A stretch of 64,000 nucleotides of DNA, taken from positions 40,488,001 to 40,552,000 of the forward strand of contig NW_024704743.1 of assembly GCF_018977255.1 (NCBI RefSeq). Reading direction: 5' to 3'. Under the pieces are notes generated by a model, which worked only from the letters and a program-made list of their open reading frames with translations, was not told the DNA's origin and did no database searches. The translations under genes were made by a program, and so were the position numbers. The stretch's first letter is position 1; each line of letters begins with the position of its first letter. This DNA is from Callorhinchus milii. Taxonomy: Eukaryota. Below, piece by piece: positions 13,820 through 27,366 of this stretch.

Positions 13820-14779
13820 CTGTTCTGTTTGGAACAAGAAACATGTACATGATAAAGGGATATTGATCAGCAGAAGTGGGGAGGAAAAGAATTGGGTGTG
13901 ATTATTGATCATTCACTGATAATTTCCAGTCAATGTGATGCTGTTCTCAACAAAGTTAATCAAATTCTAGATTACAATTCAAAAAATTCTCAAGGGCAAT
14001 TGACTGTAAATCAAAAGTTATTCTAACCTTATATAGATCATTGAAAATAAGGGCAGAGTAGATCCAGAGGTTTTAAATGTTAAGGAGAATTTTTTCTTTC
14101 ATTCCTGCATCATTGAACTAAGCATTCATGACTAGAATAATTCTGTGGTGCTTACGGTACCTTCTGCTGGTTAATGGTATACTCAATATATAATGATATA
14201 TAATATATAATGGTATATATATTAGTGCTGACAATGGATCATTTTACTCCATGTATTCAGTGCAATGACAAGAACTCCCAGGTCATGATTACTATGAGGT
14301 AGAGTGCAGAGCTTTATCTCCTCTCTAACTGTCTCCATCAACTTCAAATTGAAAAGAACACAAAATTTTACTTAAGTTGGGAAAGTGAACTCCATTATAG
14401 CTCTGATTAAGCACTACCTTGCTTATTGCATGGGTCTACTGTGGAAAGCAAATAGGCCAAGGAGTGCCAGATGAATTTCAATGTAGATAAATATACTATC
14501 TACTTGAACAATAAATATGCGCATAATTGAGGGGTATTTGTCAGCTAAGGACTAAAAGGATTTCTGCGATTATTAATCATTCATTGAACACTTTCAGCCA
14601 ATGTGAAGCTGTTCTCAACTATTGTTATCAAACTTTAGGTTAAAATTCAAGAAATTCTCAAGTGCAATGGAATGTAAATCAGAAGATATTAGTGCTATTT
14701 TGTAGTGGTGGTGCCTGGGGCTAAAGAATGAATGTCTTGACCCCCCCCACCCCCCCACTACCACCACCTCTGCAATGTC

Positions 14780-15378
14780 ACAAGGAGAGTTGCCTCATCC
14801 CTCAGGCCATTGAGACACTCATCCACGCATTTATCACATCTAGGCTCGACTATGCTAATTTCCTGCTTGTCAGAATTCCCAAATCTTCCCTCCACAAACT
14901 GCATATCTTCCAGAACTCTGAAGCTTGTGCCCTCTCCAGCAACATGCTCTGTGTCCCTATCACTCCAGTCCTTGCCTGGCTCCACTGGCTCCCCATTCCC
15001 CAGAGGATAGAGTTCAGCTCCTTCCTACTTCTGTGACCTGCTAGCTCCATATCAACCTGTCCACTCCCACCGTTCAGCAGGCTCCAGTCTGCTCCACATC
15101 CCCAGCCCAGTCCACCCCACCATTGGTGGTTGGGCCTTCAGCCTCTCGGCCTCCACCCTTTGGTACTCTATCCCACATTCCTTCGCCTCGCTCCCTGCCT
15201 TGCCTCCTTCACATCTCAAGACCCTTCTCTTCAACTGTTACTTCGGCCACCTTCCTACCCTCCCTTTCCCCCCAACTCTCACATCTCAGCCCCCTGCTCA
15301 GGTCCAAATCTCTGATTGTCGAGCGTCTTTGAATGTGCTCCTGACATGAAAGCTGTTATACAAATGTAATTTGTTGTT
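14780..15378 (+). mobile_element. L2 LINE 3' fragment with tail
   Basis: ETLIHAFITSRLDYANFLL...[15 protein letters not shown]; tail GAAAGCTGTTATACAAATGTAATTTGTTGTT. Confidence 0.9.
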
Positions 15379-16976
15379 TTGCAGGCCATTTCAAAAAGAA
15401 AGTGCTATCAGTGGTGCTTCCTGCAATCTACATGCAAGAAGTGATATTGGTAACAACCTCACAATTCTGAAATTATCCATTTATTCACTTCTCATCATAA
15501 CAAGGCCACTGAATTGGCCTGTGCAGTAAGCTTTCCCAGTAATTCCACTTCCAGCTCCTGCAACCAGACCATCTCTCCAAGAAAAATTAAGAAGTTAATA
15601 ATCAGTTGAAGCTTTATATTTGTGTTGCTTGATATTGCAACTTAATTTCACTTGAGGTTGTTGACTCAAAGCAAAAACAAACAGCCAAACAAACACAACA
15701 GCAGGGAAAGGCAGAGTGAATACTTTAATTTGATTTCATCAGTCTGAATTGTATTCAAGTGCAGGTCTTAGAGGTGCAAAAATAATAATGTGAAAATTGC
15801 ATCGTCCATAATCCTTCCCTACTAAATTGTAAAATTTGTTTCAAATGTATTGTCTCATATGACCTGTGAAACCTCTGCACTATAAGTAATCTGAATCAAC
15901 ATCTTAATAGCAGTGGTTGTGGTTGATTAAAGATTGACTCATCTGATAATACAGCATACATTCTCATGCATCGTTCTGGACAGCAGTGACCTTGTTAACA
16001 TAAATTCAACAGAGAGTAATACAGCACCAGCTGCAGAATTTGCCTTTTATTTCACAAGTGTTAAAGGCCTTATTAATCACAAACTTTGCAATGAGATAAA
16101 AGGTAGGTGGTTCATCCACTTTTTGTGATGCATGTCCCTTCATTCAATACTTTCACGCAATATCTGCTTACTGTGAAATTTTAAAAAAAGGATATGTGTT
16201 TCATGGTGGATTTTCTTTTACACTTAAAGCATCGGAGCTAATTTCTCTGTTTGGTTGGGAGAAGGGGCATGTTCACTCCCAAAACAATTAATAGTTGGGA
16301 GCTGGGATTAGAAACAGAGGTGGAGGCTCATGTGGAGCATAAACACAGACTAGTTGGGAGAAATGGTCTTCTTTCTGTGTTGTACAGTTTATGAAATTCT
16401 ATGCAATTAGTGAGCTGATGTGCTTAGAAATGCTTCAATATTGTTCCCCTAAGTTCTATTTTTTGAATGGTTTGATATGTAGATACAGTAAATGTAAATT
16501 ACTTGCATTAGAATTAGTGAATACAAATCAATATTCACAAGCTTCCAGTAAAATAAAACGAGCTGAAGAATTTTTTTCCCCCACTAAAATTGGATGAGTG
16601 GAACAGAATACCAGACAAAGCAACCCAAACTGAGTCAATTAACACTTTTAAAGGAATAATTAAATAACTGTTTGGAAAGATATGAGGTTTCTGGGGATAT
16701 TGATGGACATTTTAAAAAGGCATTTACGGATTGGAAATATTGTCCTGGGAATAGTAGAAGGCAGTTAGTTGAGGCTGAGAAAAGAGTGATGGAAAATGGA
16801 TAGATATTTTGGAGATCACTTAATCATTAGACAGTTTAGCTAGATTTCTAGTGGAAGATCAAATATATTTGAGTGCATGTGTGTGTCAGTCTGTGTGGTG
16901 GGGGGAGGTGGAAGTCTCCCTAGGGATAGTTGTACATGAACTAGGAAAGAGTTGAAGTGATTGAGAACATTTACAG

Positions 16977-18045
16977 GTCTCAGCCTGCCTCAGTAGCAGC
17001 GCTTTCACCTTTGAATCAGAAGCTTGTGAGTCCAAGCCCTATGTCGGGACTTTCAACTTACAGTCTGGACTGAAATTCCACTGAGATGCTAGAGGTTTGC
17101 TGCATTGCCATAGGTACCAGGCCTGATTGGCTCGCGTCTCTGCACCTTAGGCTCTGGCAACATCAACCTCCATGGTTGCACACTACAACTCACCAAGCCA
17201 GTTAGGAACTGAGGTGTCTTGTTCGACCCTCAACTGTCTTTTCTCCCCCACATTCAAGCCATGACCTGCTCTTCCCTCACCTCCGTAACATCACCTGACT
17301 CCACCACTCCCTTATCCCTCAGGCCACTGAAACTCTTGTTTATGCCTTCATCACCTCCAGGCTCGACTGTGCAAATGCCCTGCTTGTCGGCCTTCCCAAC
17401 TCCTCCCTCCACAGGCTGCAGATAATCTAGAACTCTGCAGCCCATGTCCTCTCCCGCACCAAACTCCATGACCCCATCTCCCCCACTCTCGCCCGATCCC
17501 ATTGGCTCCCTATCCTTCAGAGGATCCAGTTCAAGATCCTGGTACTCACATACAAAGCCCTCCATGATCTCGCCCCACCCTACTTCTGCGACCTCCTAAC
17601 CCCTGACCAACCCACCCGTTCCCTCCGCTCAGCCGGCTCTGGCCTGTTCCGCCTTCCCCGACCCACCCGCCCCACCATTGGCGGGAGAGCCTTCAGTCAC
17701 TCTGCCCCCAACCTCTGGAATTCCATCCCCCAATCACTCCACCTTGCTCCCTCCTTACCCTTTTCAAACACTGCCTCAAGACCCTCCTCTTTGACCATGC
17801 CATCGGTCACCCCCATTCCCCTTCCCTCCCTTCTCCCTCCCTGACCCCAGCTCAAATCTGAAATGCTGTACACTGTCCAGTGTCTTGGGATGTCAGGTGG
17901 ACATCCCTCATTCAAAAAGAGAAGGGAAGTACCTCCCAGTGTACTGACTAACAATCCTCCAGATAAAATTGGTCATTCATTTCATGGCTGTTTGTGGGAC
18001 AATACTGTGTGTCAATTTCTTGCTGCATTTGTCTATAAAATACAG
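16977..18045 (+). mobile_element. Old Deu-type SINE split by an L2 insertion
   Basis: Head 16977-17120 (GCCTCAGTAGCAGCGCTTTCACCTTTGAATCAGAAG); body resumes ~17893 (CAGGTGGACA...GGCTGTTTGTGGGACAATACTGTGTG). Confidence 0.65.
17121..17892 (+). mobile_element. L2 LINE 3' fragment
   Basis: FDPQLSFLPHI; nucleotide match to other L2 copies; 3'UTR ending GTCCAGTGTCTTGGGATGTC. Confidence 0.9.
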
Positions 18046-18059
18046 ATTTATTCCATTAA

Positions 18060-18430
18060 AAAGTGGATAAAATGATTAATGGGATTGAAAAAGTAAACCC
18101 AGAACAATACTTTAGAATGCACCAACAGTAGATCAAGAAGACATAGGTTTAGTGGGGTAAAGGCCAATTTCAGAACAGACACCGGGAAGTTTTTTCTTTA
18201 TCCAGAGAGTAGTTTGCACCAGCTCATTTGCAAATTGTTGACTTTCCAGTACCTTGGGAACTCCTCCTGACGTGAAAGGCACTTTACAATTCTAATGAAT
18301 GAAAGTGACAGGTTGCCAAGAGGCTAGGACAAGGGAATTTTTTTAAAAGCAGTTTCATAGTGTGATGAGGGGATGGGAGAGTGAGTATTTCTGGGGGCAT
18401 GAGATCAGACAGGCCTTCTTTATCATCTTC
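18060..18430 (+). mobile_element. Old CR1 3' fragment
   Basis: AAAAGTAAACCCAGAACA...GGCCAATTTCAGAACAGAC...TTTAAAAGCAG, similar to 21565-21905. Confidence 0.55.
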
Positions 18431-18431
18431 A

Positions 18432-18743
18432 GGAGTCCTGTACCTCAATGGTTAGAGTGCTCATCTGGCAAGCGAGAGATCTGGGTTCGATTCTTGGCAG
18501 GGCGAAACCTTGGGCAAATTTCCTTACTCCACATGCCTGATAATAATCCCTCAAGAAAAAAAACAATAATAAATTGGTCAGTTCATTCCACGACTGTTTG
18601 TGGGACACTGCTCTGTGCAATTGGCTGCCATGTTTCGCCCACAAATATAGTCAATTCACTTTACAGTATGTTCTTGTGAAGTGCTTTGAGATGTCTAGGT
18701 GTGAAAAGCGCTATATCAAATGCAAGGATTATTATTTATTATT
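18432..18743 (+). mobile_element. tRNA-derived SINE, intermediate short subfamily, full length
   Basis: GGAGTCCTGTACCTCAATGGTTAGAG...AAAGCGCTATATCAAATGCAAGGATTATTAT. Confidence 0.9.
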
Positions 18744-20139
18744 ACCCACTATGAGAAGGTGAAAACATTACTAATATTACTAAAACTTCATTTTAATGCT
18801 CTTAAAATCCAAATCCCGATCTTCACATTGCAGAAGACACCTTATTTCCTGTTCCTCATTATAAGTGTTTAAGGTTTGCACAGACCTATAAAATGTGGAT
18901 TACCTGAATGAAATAAGTCTTGAGATGCCAGTTTGATATCCCCAATAGCCATTCTGTCAGTATTTAGCTCATCCATTCAATTTGCCCAAATTTTCTCAAT
19001 TTCTCATGCAGACTGAGCCGAACCAACAGAGCTTGGTAACACAGGTGATATTACAAGAAGTAGCCTTTCAGTATCCTTCACAGACACTGTATATTGAATC
19101 CACCCACCCCCCCCCCCCCCCCCCCCCCACAACCAAGGTATTTCTGCTTATCTCAATCTTCTGCTTGCTCCTGGTAAGCTGATTTTCCTACACATGTAAT
19201 TTGTTATTAATGCCATGAATGTACCAATTAATTCCATGAACTTTCATATTTCTGCAAGTCTCATCTGTGAAATCCCAACAAATCTTTTAATGAATTACTA
19301 CCATTGAAGAAGACATCTTATTTCCTGTTGGATTTGGCCAAAATTTACTGATATGGGTAAATGGCGTTACTTAGCTAGATCTACTTGCTAAATATCTCCT
19401 CATTGAATCTGGTCTGAACACACATTTACATAGCGCCCTTCATCCGGGGTACAGTCTTGGATCACTTAACAATGAGAGAATTTTGCACCAAGCCATGGAG
19501 AAAGGGGAGGTGACTGTAGGCACCGTCGAAGAAGAAGGTCTTCAGATCTGAAAATGGGCAAAGAGGGGGTAAATTGGAAGGATTCAGGCAGAATGTTTTA
19601 GAGTTTTAGGGCATAGGTAAACGAAATAAATAAATGAAGTACATTTTCAGAGTAGTGAAGTTTGTTCAACTTTCCAAGTAAAATAAGAAATTGATTTGCA
19701 AAGAAACTACTTTAAGGACCAAATATTTCTATGGTTACAAATCAGTATAGAGACTGCTGAGGTCTGTAAACAGAGAAAAGATCTGAAGATTTTGTGTCTA
19801 GGACTTCTCTGAACATTTCTATTCCACAAATAAGTGTTCAATCTTCAAAAAAAATAGAGGAATGGGACTAATTGAGTTTCAAGTTGAGCAATGAATTATT
19901 AATGTCTGACTTAAATGAATTTAACAACAGGGAAGATTTTGAAATAGATTGCAGTGTGCAATGTTGGTTCCAGAGTGGGAAGCAAATAGTACTGGAATGT
20001 CTCATAAATGCTTAAGTACAGTCTTCTTCTTTGGAAGCCAGCTGTTTCAATTATTTTTAACACTAATGGAAAACCAATTTTCAAAATTTTCAAATTTTAT
20101 TTTTTCCGCATTTCTTACACCTTGCTATTGAATGCACTG

Positions 20140-20425
20140 TCTGGCAAGCTTCCCACCACTTGGACAGTGAGGACCACCCTACCTGATCGAGTTTTGGCTT
20201 GCAGGTTTAAAAGAAGGCTAGAGAAATGAATACTTTTCACCAGTCTGCCTCTCTGAGTACTTTACCACTAGCTAGTCTGTCATCTGCAATGCCTTGACAC
20301 TGAAGATCTGCCTGGTTCAGGAACTGAATTATCAACACCGCCACAGAACGTTGGCTCAATTCTGACATCCCATTGCCAAGCATGACAGCAGTCTACTGAG
20401 CTTCAAGGAGACCCTACCTAACTAG
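20140..20425 (-). repeat. Family A unclassified repeat fragment
   Basis: GGCTCAATTCTGACATCCCATTGCCAAGCATG...CAAGGAGACCC is the reverse complement of 38460-38530. Confidence 0.7.
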
Positions 20426-21564
20426 TCCCCCCTCCCCCCACCCCGGAGAGTAATTTAAATATTGGATTATTATCACATCACACAGGACTTGTCTCTCCCC
20501 AAAATCAAAATGGCTTGTTTTCTCGTGAGTGTTAAAATCATGATTTCTTCTTATCGCTTCCCCTGCATGTCAGTTGGTGTTACATTATCAACATGGAGGT
20601 AGTCTGCCTCAAATGGCATTCCCCATTATAATAACTGTGCATCGTCAAAACAGCAACATGAAACACTGATCGGAATTGCACCTTTCTGGTGTGTGAATCC
20701 TTTCTCTTTGAACATTGGAGCATGGTGATTGAAGCACAATGATTAGACCCATAAAAAAATCTTTCCTGAACTGCATTAAGACACTTAACATGACATATTC
20801 TGTATAATTTGCATAAATCTGCTATTTTCACATTTATTACTCTACTTTCTACATTATTGCTCACATTTGTCTGTCAGTACAGTTTTAGCACAAATCATTT
20901 ATAAGATAAATTTTCCCCAATATGCATATATGTCCCGTGATCTTACTGTGCACCAATATTACCTTGATTTTTTTTCAAGTAGCACAGGACTGGTGGCTCT
21001 CCTGCAAGGTCTGTGGATTGAACAGAGTTTCCCCTGATATCCTGGCCAACAGTGCCCCAGATAAACTGATAATTGACTTCACTATTTGCAGGACACTTCT
21101 GTGCACAAATTGGTTGCCGCAGTCGCCTAGAAGTACACAATCACTACACTTTACCTGTGAACTGCTTTGAGGATTTTCAATGTATACGCACGATATCAAA
21201 TGGAATTATTATTATTTTATTAGCAAATTAGGATGGAGGGCTTACCTGGGAATGAAGCAGCTCTTGGTAGGGCATATAGATAAACATGTCTCCCCTTCCC
21301 CCCCTTGAATGAGTCACTATCTTTTGTTTATCTCCGTGTGTTTTTCTATTTTTCTCCCTTGCTTCCTGTCTCTGTCCCTGTCTTTATGCTTATCTTGTCT
21401 CTTTAAGCATTTGTTCTCTGTGTGACTCACTCTGTATTTGTATCCATTGCTCTGTCTCTCCTGTCAGTCTTTCTGGGTGAGCCTTTGCCTCTCTGCCTGA
21501 TTAGCAAATAGTGCCTCACACTCAGTTGCTCTTTCCAATCTTTCTCTTCCCATACCTTTACTTT

Positions 21565-21905
21565 TCATGAGAAAAGACTACTTGGAGGGGAACTTTATAG
21601 AGGTGTATACATTTTTAAATGGATACAAAAGTAAACCTGGAACAGTTCTATAGGATGCACTAAGCAGCTGAACAAGAAAACAAAGGTTTCGAGTTGAAAA
21701 GGGCAATTTCAGGATGGATACCAGAAATATTTTTTTTATTCAGAGGGTAATTAACAACTGGAACAGATTGCCAGGAAAAGTGGTTGAGGCCAGGACACAA
21801 TAATCGTTTAAAAAGCAGCTTGATGTTGTGATGGGAGAACAGTAAGGAAGGTTTTCTGGATGATGAGTTCAGGGCCTTCTTTATCCAACCTAATCTTGTG
21901 ATCTC
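21565..21905 (+). mobile_element. Old CR1 3' fragment with ATCTTGTG tail
   Basis: GGGGAACTTTATAGAGGTGTATA...CAGAGGGTAATTAACAACTGGAACAGATTGCCAG...TTTAAAAAGCAGCTTGAT...ATCTTGTGATCT. Confidence 0.75.
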
Positions 21906-24199
21906 TAACATTTCCCTCTTTCACAATCAGTCACACTCTGTATCTCCATTACCTGGATCTTTCTATATCAAACACAAGGATTATTATTATATTTGTTCCT
22001 TGGGTGTGACCCTCATTCTCTCTTGGCCTTCAACTCTGTCTTACCTTGCACTATCACATTCTCTCACACTTGTTTTCCATCTTACTCTCCTCTTTCTCTT
22101 CCCTCTCACTCACTCTCAATCATCTGTGTGAGGGGTGCTATATAAATGCAAGTTGTTGTTGATCTCCCCTTTTCTCGCCTTCCCTTCATTTATCCCTCAC
22201 CTTCACTTCTCTCTCACCTTTATTTGCCTCTCTCTTCCCTCCTCACCCTTACACACACTCACTCCCTCTCAGTTTTTTTCTCTCTTCTCATTCTCTCATT
22301 CTTTATTTTACTTCCTATCTTTTCGATGACATTCACTTGGAACTGAAAACTAAACTCTGTACACATGCTTGAGTAAGCGTAGTTTCCATTGAGGTACAAT
22401 CACGGATGGTAGATGGTTGGTTACAATGACAAGGAAGGTAACTCCACAGCAAACAAATACTGTTTCATCTTTGCAGTCATGAGGCAACTCAAATGAAGTG
22501 GCGAGCACGTCACTAAACCCTGGAAATTGAAGTTTCTGCAGAAACTGTCTTTAAAGAGGAAAGTAAGTTTAATCCACAGGCTATAATGTTACTGTAGGTC
22601 ACTTCTTCATAGGTGTTTGCCTACAAAATATAGAGTCACTATACTTTACAAGAAATCCTGTGAAAGGTTTTGAGATGTCCTCCTGTGAAAGGAGCTATGT
22701 CAAATTCAAAGGTTATTTTTATTACACTATTCCTGCCTCAACAATATCTGTGAGCTGGAGGATCACCACTGTGTACCTGGCATCTTCCACTTTATTAATG
22801 AGAATGACCTGAGATTGTCCATTCAGCATGATTTCATTTCTTGAATTGAGCCTGTTTTCTACGCTATACCTATTCAGTGTGTTGACTTGTTTTTGCATGT
22901 GTCAGACACCCAGCTGATCAAAATGAAAGTTGCAACTTTTCAGGTAAGGCTAAAGCAATTTTATGAGCATTCCTTCAATACTTTTATTCAATGTACCATT
23001 CCTCCTGTTTGAAATGAACAGGGGAATATTGGCCTTTAAATCCTTGATTTCCTGGGAGGCACAATGAACAAATCAAGACGTCTCATGTTAATTGTGATTC
23101 CACAGCATGTTGGTCTATACTTCCTATTGATATTTTATGAGATTTGTGTTATAAAATGTCTTTTGAATTTTTCAAGGTAAACAAACAATCATGCTTCAAA
23201 AAATAAAACAGAACATATTTAGCATAACTCCACATTAACTGAAAAAGACATTTCCAGGGCTCTCCAGATCATGAGGCTGAAAATTTCCATTACATGAGAA
23301 TTCTGTGTGTAGCCCAGTGCAACGGTGCATCCAGTCATGAATCTGACCTTTTATTCTCAGTGGAAACATGGCAAAAGGTTGAATAGAATTTCAGATACTG
23401 ATTGTCTTCTCACAGAGATATACTTTGACTAACTGAACTAAAATAAAACAGATAATACCTTAGGTGTTAAATATGTTCATACCAAATAGGTTCCATCATT
23501 CACAAAAATAGACACAATCATTGTAAGCTAAATTAATTGTTTAGCTAAAATGGCCAATTTACTTTTGCAACATCAAACTTCCTTTCCATTTTACTTGTAT
23601 GCCTCGAATAGCGAATCTAATGAGAACTCGATTATTGGAAAATGACAGCTAATTTTCTCCCCCCAACATCAGTTATCACAGAAGGTGAGTGAAACATGAA
23701 CCAGAATTATCTTATTACTCAATTTCATGAACTGTGCTAACTGCTTTTATTGCTTTCCTCCAGGAACATGGACATTGGTCTCATAAACTAGAGCCTATTT
23801 TGTTAAATTAGAGAAATTTTGAACTGGGAGAAGGCGCCCTAGACATGTCATGATCATAATGAGGCATTTGTAGAACAAAAATAGGTTTTTAATTAATCAC
23901 ACCAACAGCTATCTTATTTTGGAGCACTGACACTAGGCATAGTGGTCTACCTATTTGCTCCTTCCAGATACTGTCCAGATCGGCAGTAGTGCCTGTTACA
24001 CAAATGGACAAGCACACAAAGCTCTGGGCTCTGAACAAACAGCCCACTTCCTCCTTCCAGGAAATTAATTGCTGTCAATTTGGCCAGGAGGAACATCCAC
24101 ATAGTCCCTAACCCCAGTGACTTTACATTTTGTAGTATATTGGCAATAAGGTGAGATACACATAAATATGAATGTCCCAGTTTTCATTGTAAATCTTTC

Positions 24200-24481
24200 C
24201 AGACAGTGCTTTCAATGGCAAGCTAAAGTGTTTTTAGCTTGTTAAACCTCAGCAGTACCCCAATGCTCACTCCGTGGTTCCCAAGCCTTGGATTTGCCAA
24301 CCTGTGCTTAGTACTCTTTGATAAGACAGGCTGCATGCATCCCTCCAGGGAAAGAGTGCACATTCCATTCCAAACCCCGGAATTTCCATTTGTCGATGGG
24401 ATGCATGGAAATCTCATTTTGGTTTGGATACTCTTAAGCACGGTGATGGGTTTCTGCGTTTGTCAGAAACTCAGCTGTCCA
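24200..24481 (+). repeat. Family A unclassified repeat, right-hand half
   Basis: CCCTCCAGGGAAAGAGTGCACATTCCATTCC...TTTGGATACTCTTAAGCACGGTGATGGGTTTC matches 38750-39038. Confidence 0.75.
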
Positions 24482-25279
24482 CATTTTTTTATTGTAATGT
24501 CTTTTAATTTTCTCAGGGCCATTCTGAATAAAAGTCCATGTACTGCATTAATAAAATGATTGCAGTTTGAAATGAGTTTGTACTTTAATATCGTAGAAAT
24601 ATAAAACAGACCAAAATTATTGAATTATAGTAAAATATATAAATTATAATGAATTGTTAATAACCATTGTTTCCTTTCAGGAAATCATTTCTTATAATGA
24701 ATTGCCTTATTTGGACAAAGATTAGAGAAACAAATGGGTTTTTGAAGTGGAAATGGATAGAAATTTGTTCTTTATAAATAGAACGATATCGACTAATAGC
24801 TCTTGTGGTAGCTTGGTCCTCCAGCTAATTTTAATATATTTTGGTTGCCATTTTAGCAGCACATTTCTTTTTATGATCCTTGGCCAGAGGGTGGTGAAGA
24901 AGTGGAAGATTTTGCTTCAGAAAACTGCAGAGGTGCACTCAACAGAGATGTTTAAAACGGTGATAGACAGATACAGTGCTAATAGGATTAATGCGATATT
25001 GTGAACGGGTGCGGGATTGGGGTTAAAAATCCGCCGATAATTATCATTGCATTTGATGTAATGCCTCATCATGTCTTCGAGGCATCTCAAAGCGCTTCAC
25101 AGAATATACAGTAAAGTGAATTGACTGTATATTTTATGGGCGAAAAGGAAATCTCAAAGCGCTTCACAAGATATAATGCAAAATGTCGTAACAGTATAAC
25201 TTGCAGGAATATTGAATGGCCAATGATCAAAATGTGGGACACTAAAAGAGTCAGAAATTCATCCAAGATCCAATAATGT

Positions 25280-25604
25280 GGAGTCCTGTAGCTCAGTGGT
25301 TAGAGCACTCGCTTTGCAAGCGAGAGACCTGAGTTCAATTCCAGGCAGGGCGAAACCTTGGGCAAGTTTCCTTACTCCACACAGAGCCTAATAATAATCC
25401 CTCCAAAACCAAAAACAATAATTAAATTGGTCATTTTCAATCTATGACTGTTTGTGGGACATTGCTGTGCGCAATTGGCTGCCGCGTTCGCCCACAAATA
25501 TACAGTCAACTCACTTTACAGTATATTCTGTGAAGCGCTTTGGGACGTCCTCCCGACGTGAAAAGCGCTATATCAAATGCAAGGATTATTATTATTATTA
25601 TTAT
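25280..25604 (+). mobile_element. tRNA-Ala(TGC)-derived SINE, young short subfamily, full length
   Basis: Pol III A box TAGCTCAGTGG, anticodon arm CTCGC-TTTGCAA-GCGAG, B box GAGTTCAATTCC, Deu-like core, L2-type tail, (ATT)n end. Confidence 0.95.
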
Positions 25605-26638
25605 AATAAACATGTAGAATAGCTTGATGGGCTCAATGGCCTCATTCTGTCCCTGTTTTCCGAAACTCCAATATTTCTGATCAAACAATGAAATGCTACC
25701 AACTGAATCAAGCTGACACCTTATCAGCAATTGAATTAACTGTACTGCATGTCCTACATTTCTGTTGGTCCTGAATTTTTTTAAAAATTCAAATGTAATT
25801 ATTGAAGAAAAATCAATGGGGTTGAGCTTCTAACTCTTTTAGCGTCCTGTATGTTGTTTATTTGCCATTCAATATTCCTACAAGTTATACAGTCATTACA
25901 TTTTGCAATATATCTGGGGAAGCACATTGAGATTTCCTCTCAACATAAAAGGTGCTGTATCAAATAAGGATGCTTCTTATTTTATATTCCTACAATTAGC
26001 ATTAAGCTATTACTGTGAGTTTTATTGCTAGAGAAAAATTGCTTTACTTTGAAGGACTCATAAAGTTCAATACCGACAAGATGGGCCAAATGTCTTATTT
26101 CTCGGTGCATTGAGGGCCACAGGGGAGCTGAGGATAATTCAATTTACACCCACAAAATGTATCGAAGGTGAACGCAGAAGCCAAGTTGCACAAAGTAATG
26201 TCCCACAAGCAGCCATGAAGTGAGTGACTTAGGGGATTGTTGGCCAGGACACAGGATAAACTCCATTTTCTTTTTGAATAGTACCATGCAAATTTTAATG
26301 TTCATCTGAACAGGCAAACAGAACCTCTGTTTAACATCTCAGCTTAAGGACGGCAGCTTCAACAACGCAGCACACTTCCAGCACATAAGAACATAAGAAA
26401 ATAAGAATTAGGAGCAGGAGTAGGCCATTCGGCCCCTCTAGCCTGCACCGCCATTCAATAAGATCATGACTGATCTATTATAATTCCACCTACCCGCCTT
26501 ATCCCCATATCCCGTAATCCCTTTATCCACAAGAAATCTATCAATGTCAGTCTTGAATATGTTCAAGGACTGAGCATCTACAGCCCTTTGGGGTAGAGAA
26601 TTCTATAAATTCATTACCATCTGAATGAAGAAGTGTTT

Positions 26639-27200
26639 AGGATGGCCTGTCCCCCACTTCGTTCCACAGCATACTGCTCCAGAAAGCTATCTCTCATTCA
26701 TTCTATAAACTCCTCCTCTACCCTACTTTTGTCGATTTGGTTTTCCCAATCTATGTGAAGATTGAAATCACCCACTATTACTGTATTACCTTTGTTACAT
26801 GCGCCTCTAACTTCTTGATTAATATCCTGCGCTATGCTGTGATCACTGGTTGGAGATCTATAAACTACTCCCACTAATGTTTTCTGCCCTTTGTTATTTC
26901 GTAATTCTACCCATACCTTCTCTACATCCTGACTATCTGATTTGAAATCCTTTCTCTCTACTGTTTTTATTCCATCCTTTATTAACAAGGTTACCCCCCA
27001 CTTCATTTTCCACATTGTCTATCCTTCCTATAAGCTGAAAACCCCGAAATATTTAACTCCCACCCTAGATCTCCCTGTAACCATATCTCAGTAATGGCTA
27101 CTAGATCATACCTGTTTGTATCTATCTGTGCCTTTAATTCATCCATCTTATTCCGAATGCTTCGTGCATTCAGATATAGCGATTTTAATTTCACACCATT
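26639..27200 (-). pseudogene. CR1 ORF2 N-terminal APE-like endonuclease, frameshifted
   Basis: LYLNARSIRNK, DLVAITEIWL, LVGVVYRSP, VIVGDFNL motifs in ORFs 27003-27362 and 26698-27015. Confidence 0.9.
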
Positions 27201-27366
27201 TCCTCTACTCTCTGCTGCCCTATCTTCTTTACTGAGCTTCTTACCCCTCTTTGACCTATTTTGTTTACCTCTCTCGCTATTCTGTTCTGACACCTTTAGT
27301 TTTCTTAATATTGCTGACTTGCAATTATTTCTAATCGTATTCCTCTCCCCCCCCACCGCCATTTAC

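Noticed and set aside
20580..20864. 94-aa minus-strand ORF in unique sequence
   Set aside because: No recognisable homology or convincing splice context; length is within chance.
21300..22330. CT-rich tracts giving hydrophobic short ORFs
   Set aside because: Low-complexity decayed microsatellite sequence.
22477..22568. Exon-like segment (TTTGCAG...GTAAGT)
   Set aside because: Stop codons in all three plus-strand frames; a non-coding exon cannot be excluded but is unsupported.
25280..25355. tRNA-Ala(TGC) gene
   Set aside because: It is the head of a SINE repeated about 13 times; the acceptor and T stems do not pair properly and it runs into the SINE body.
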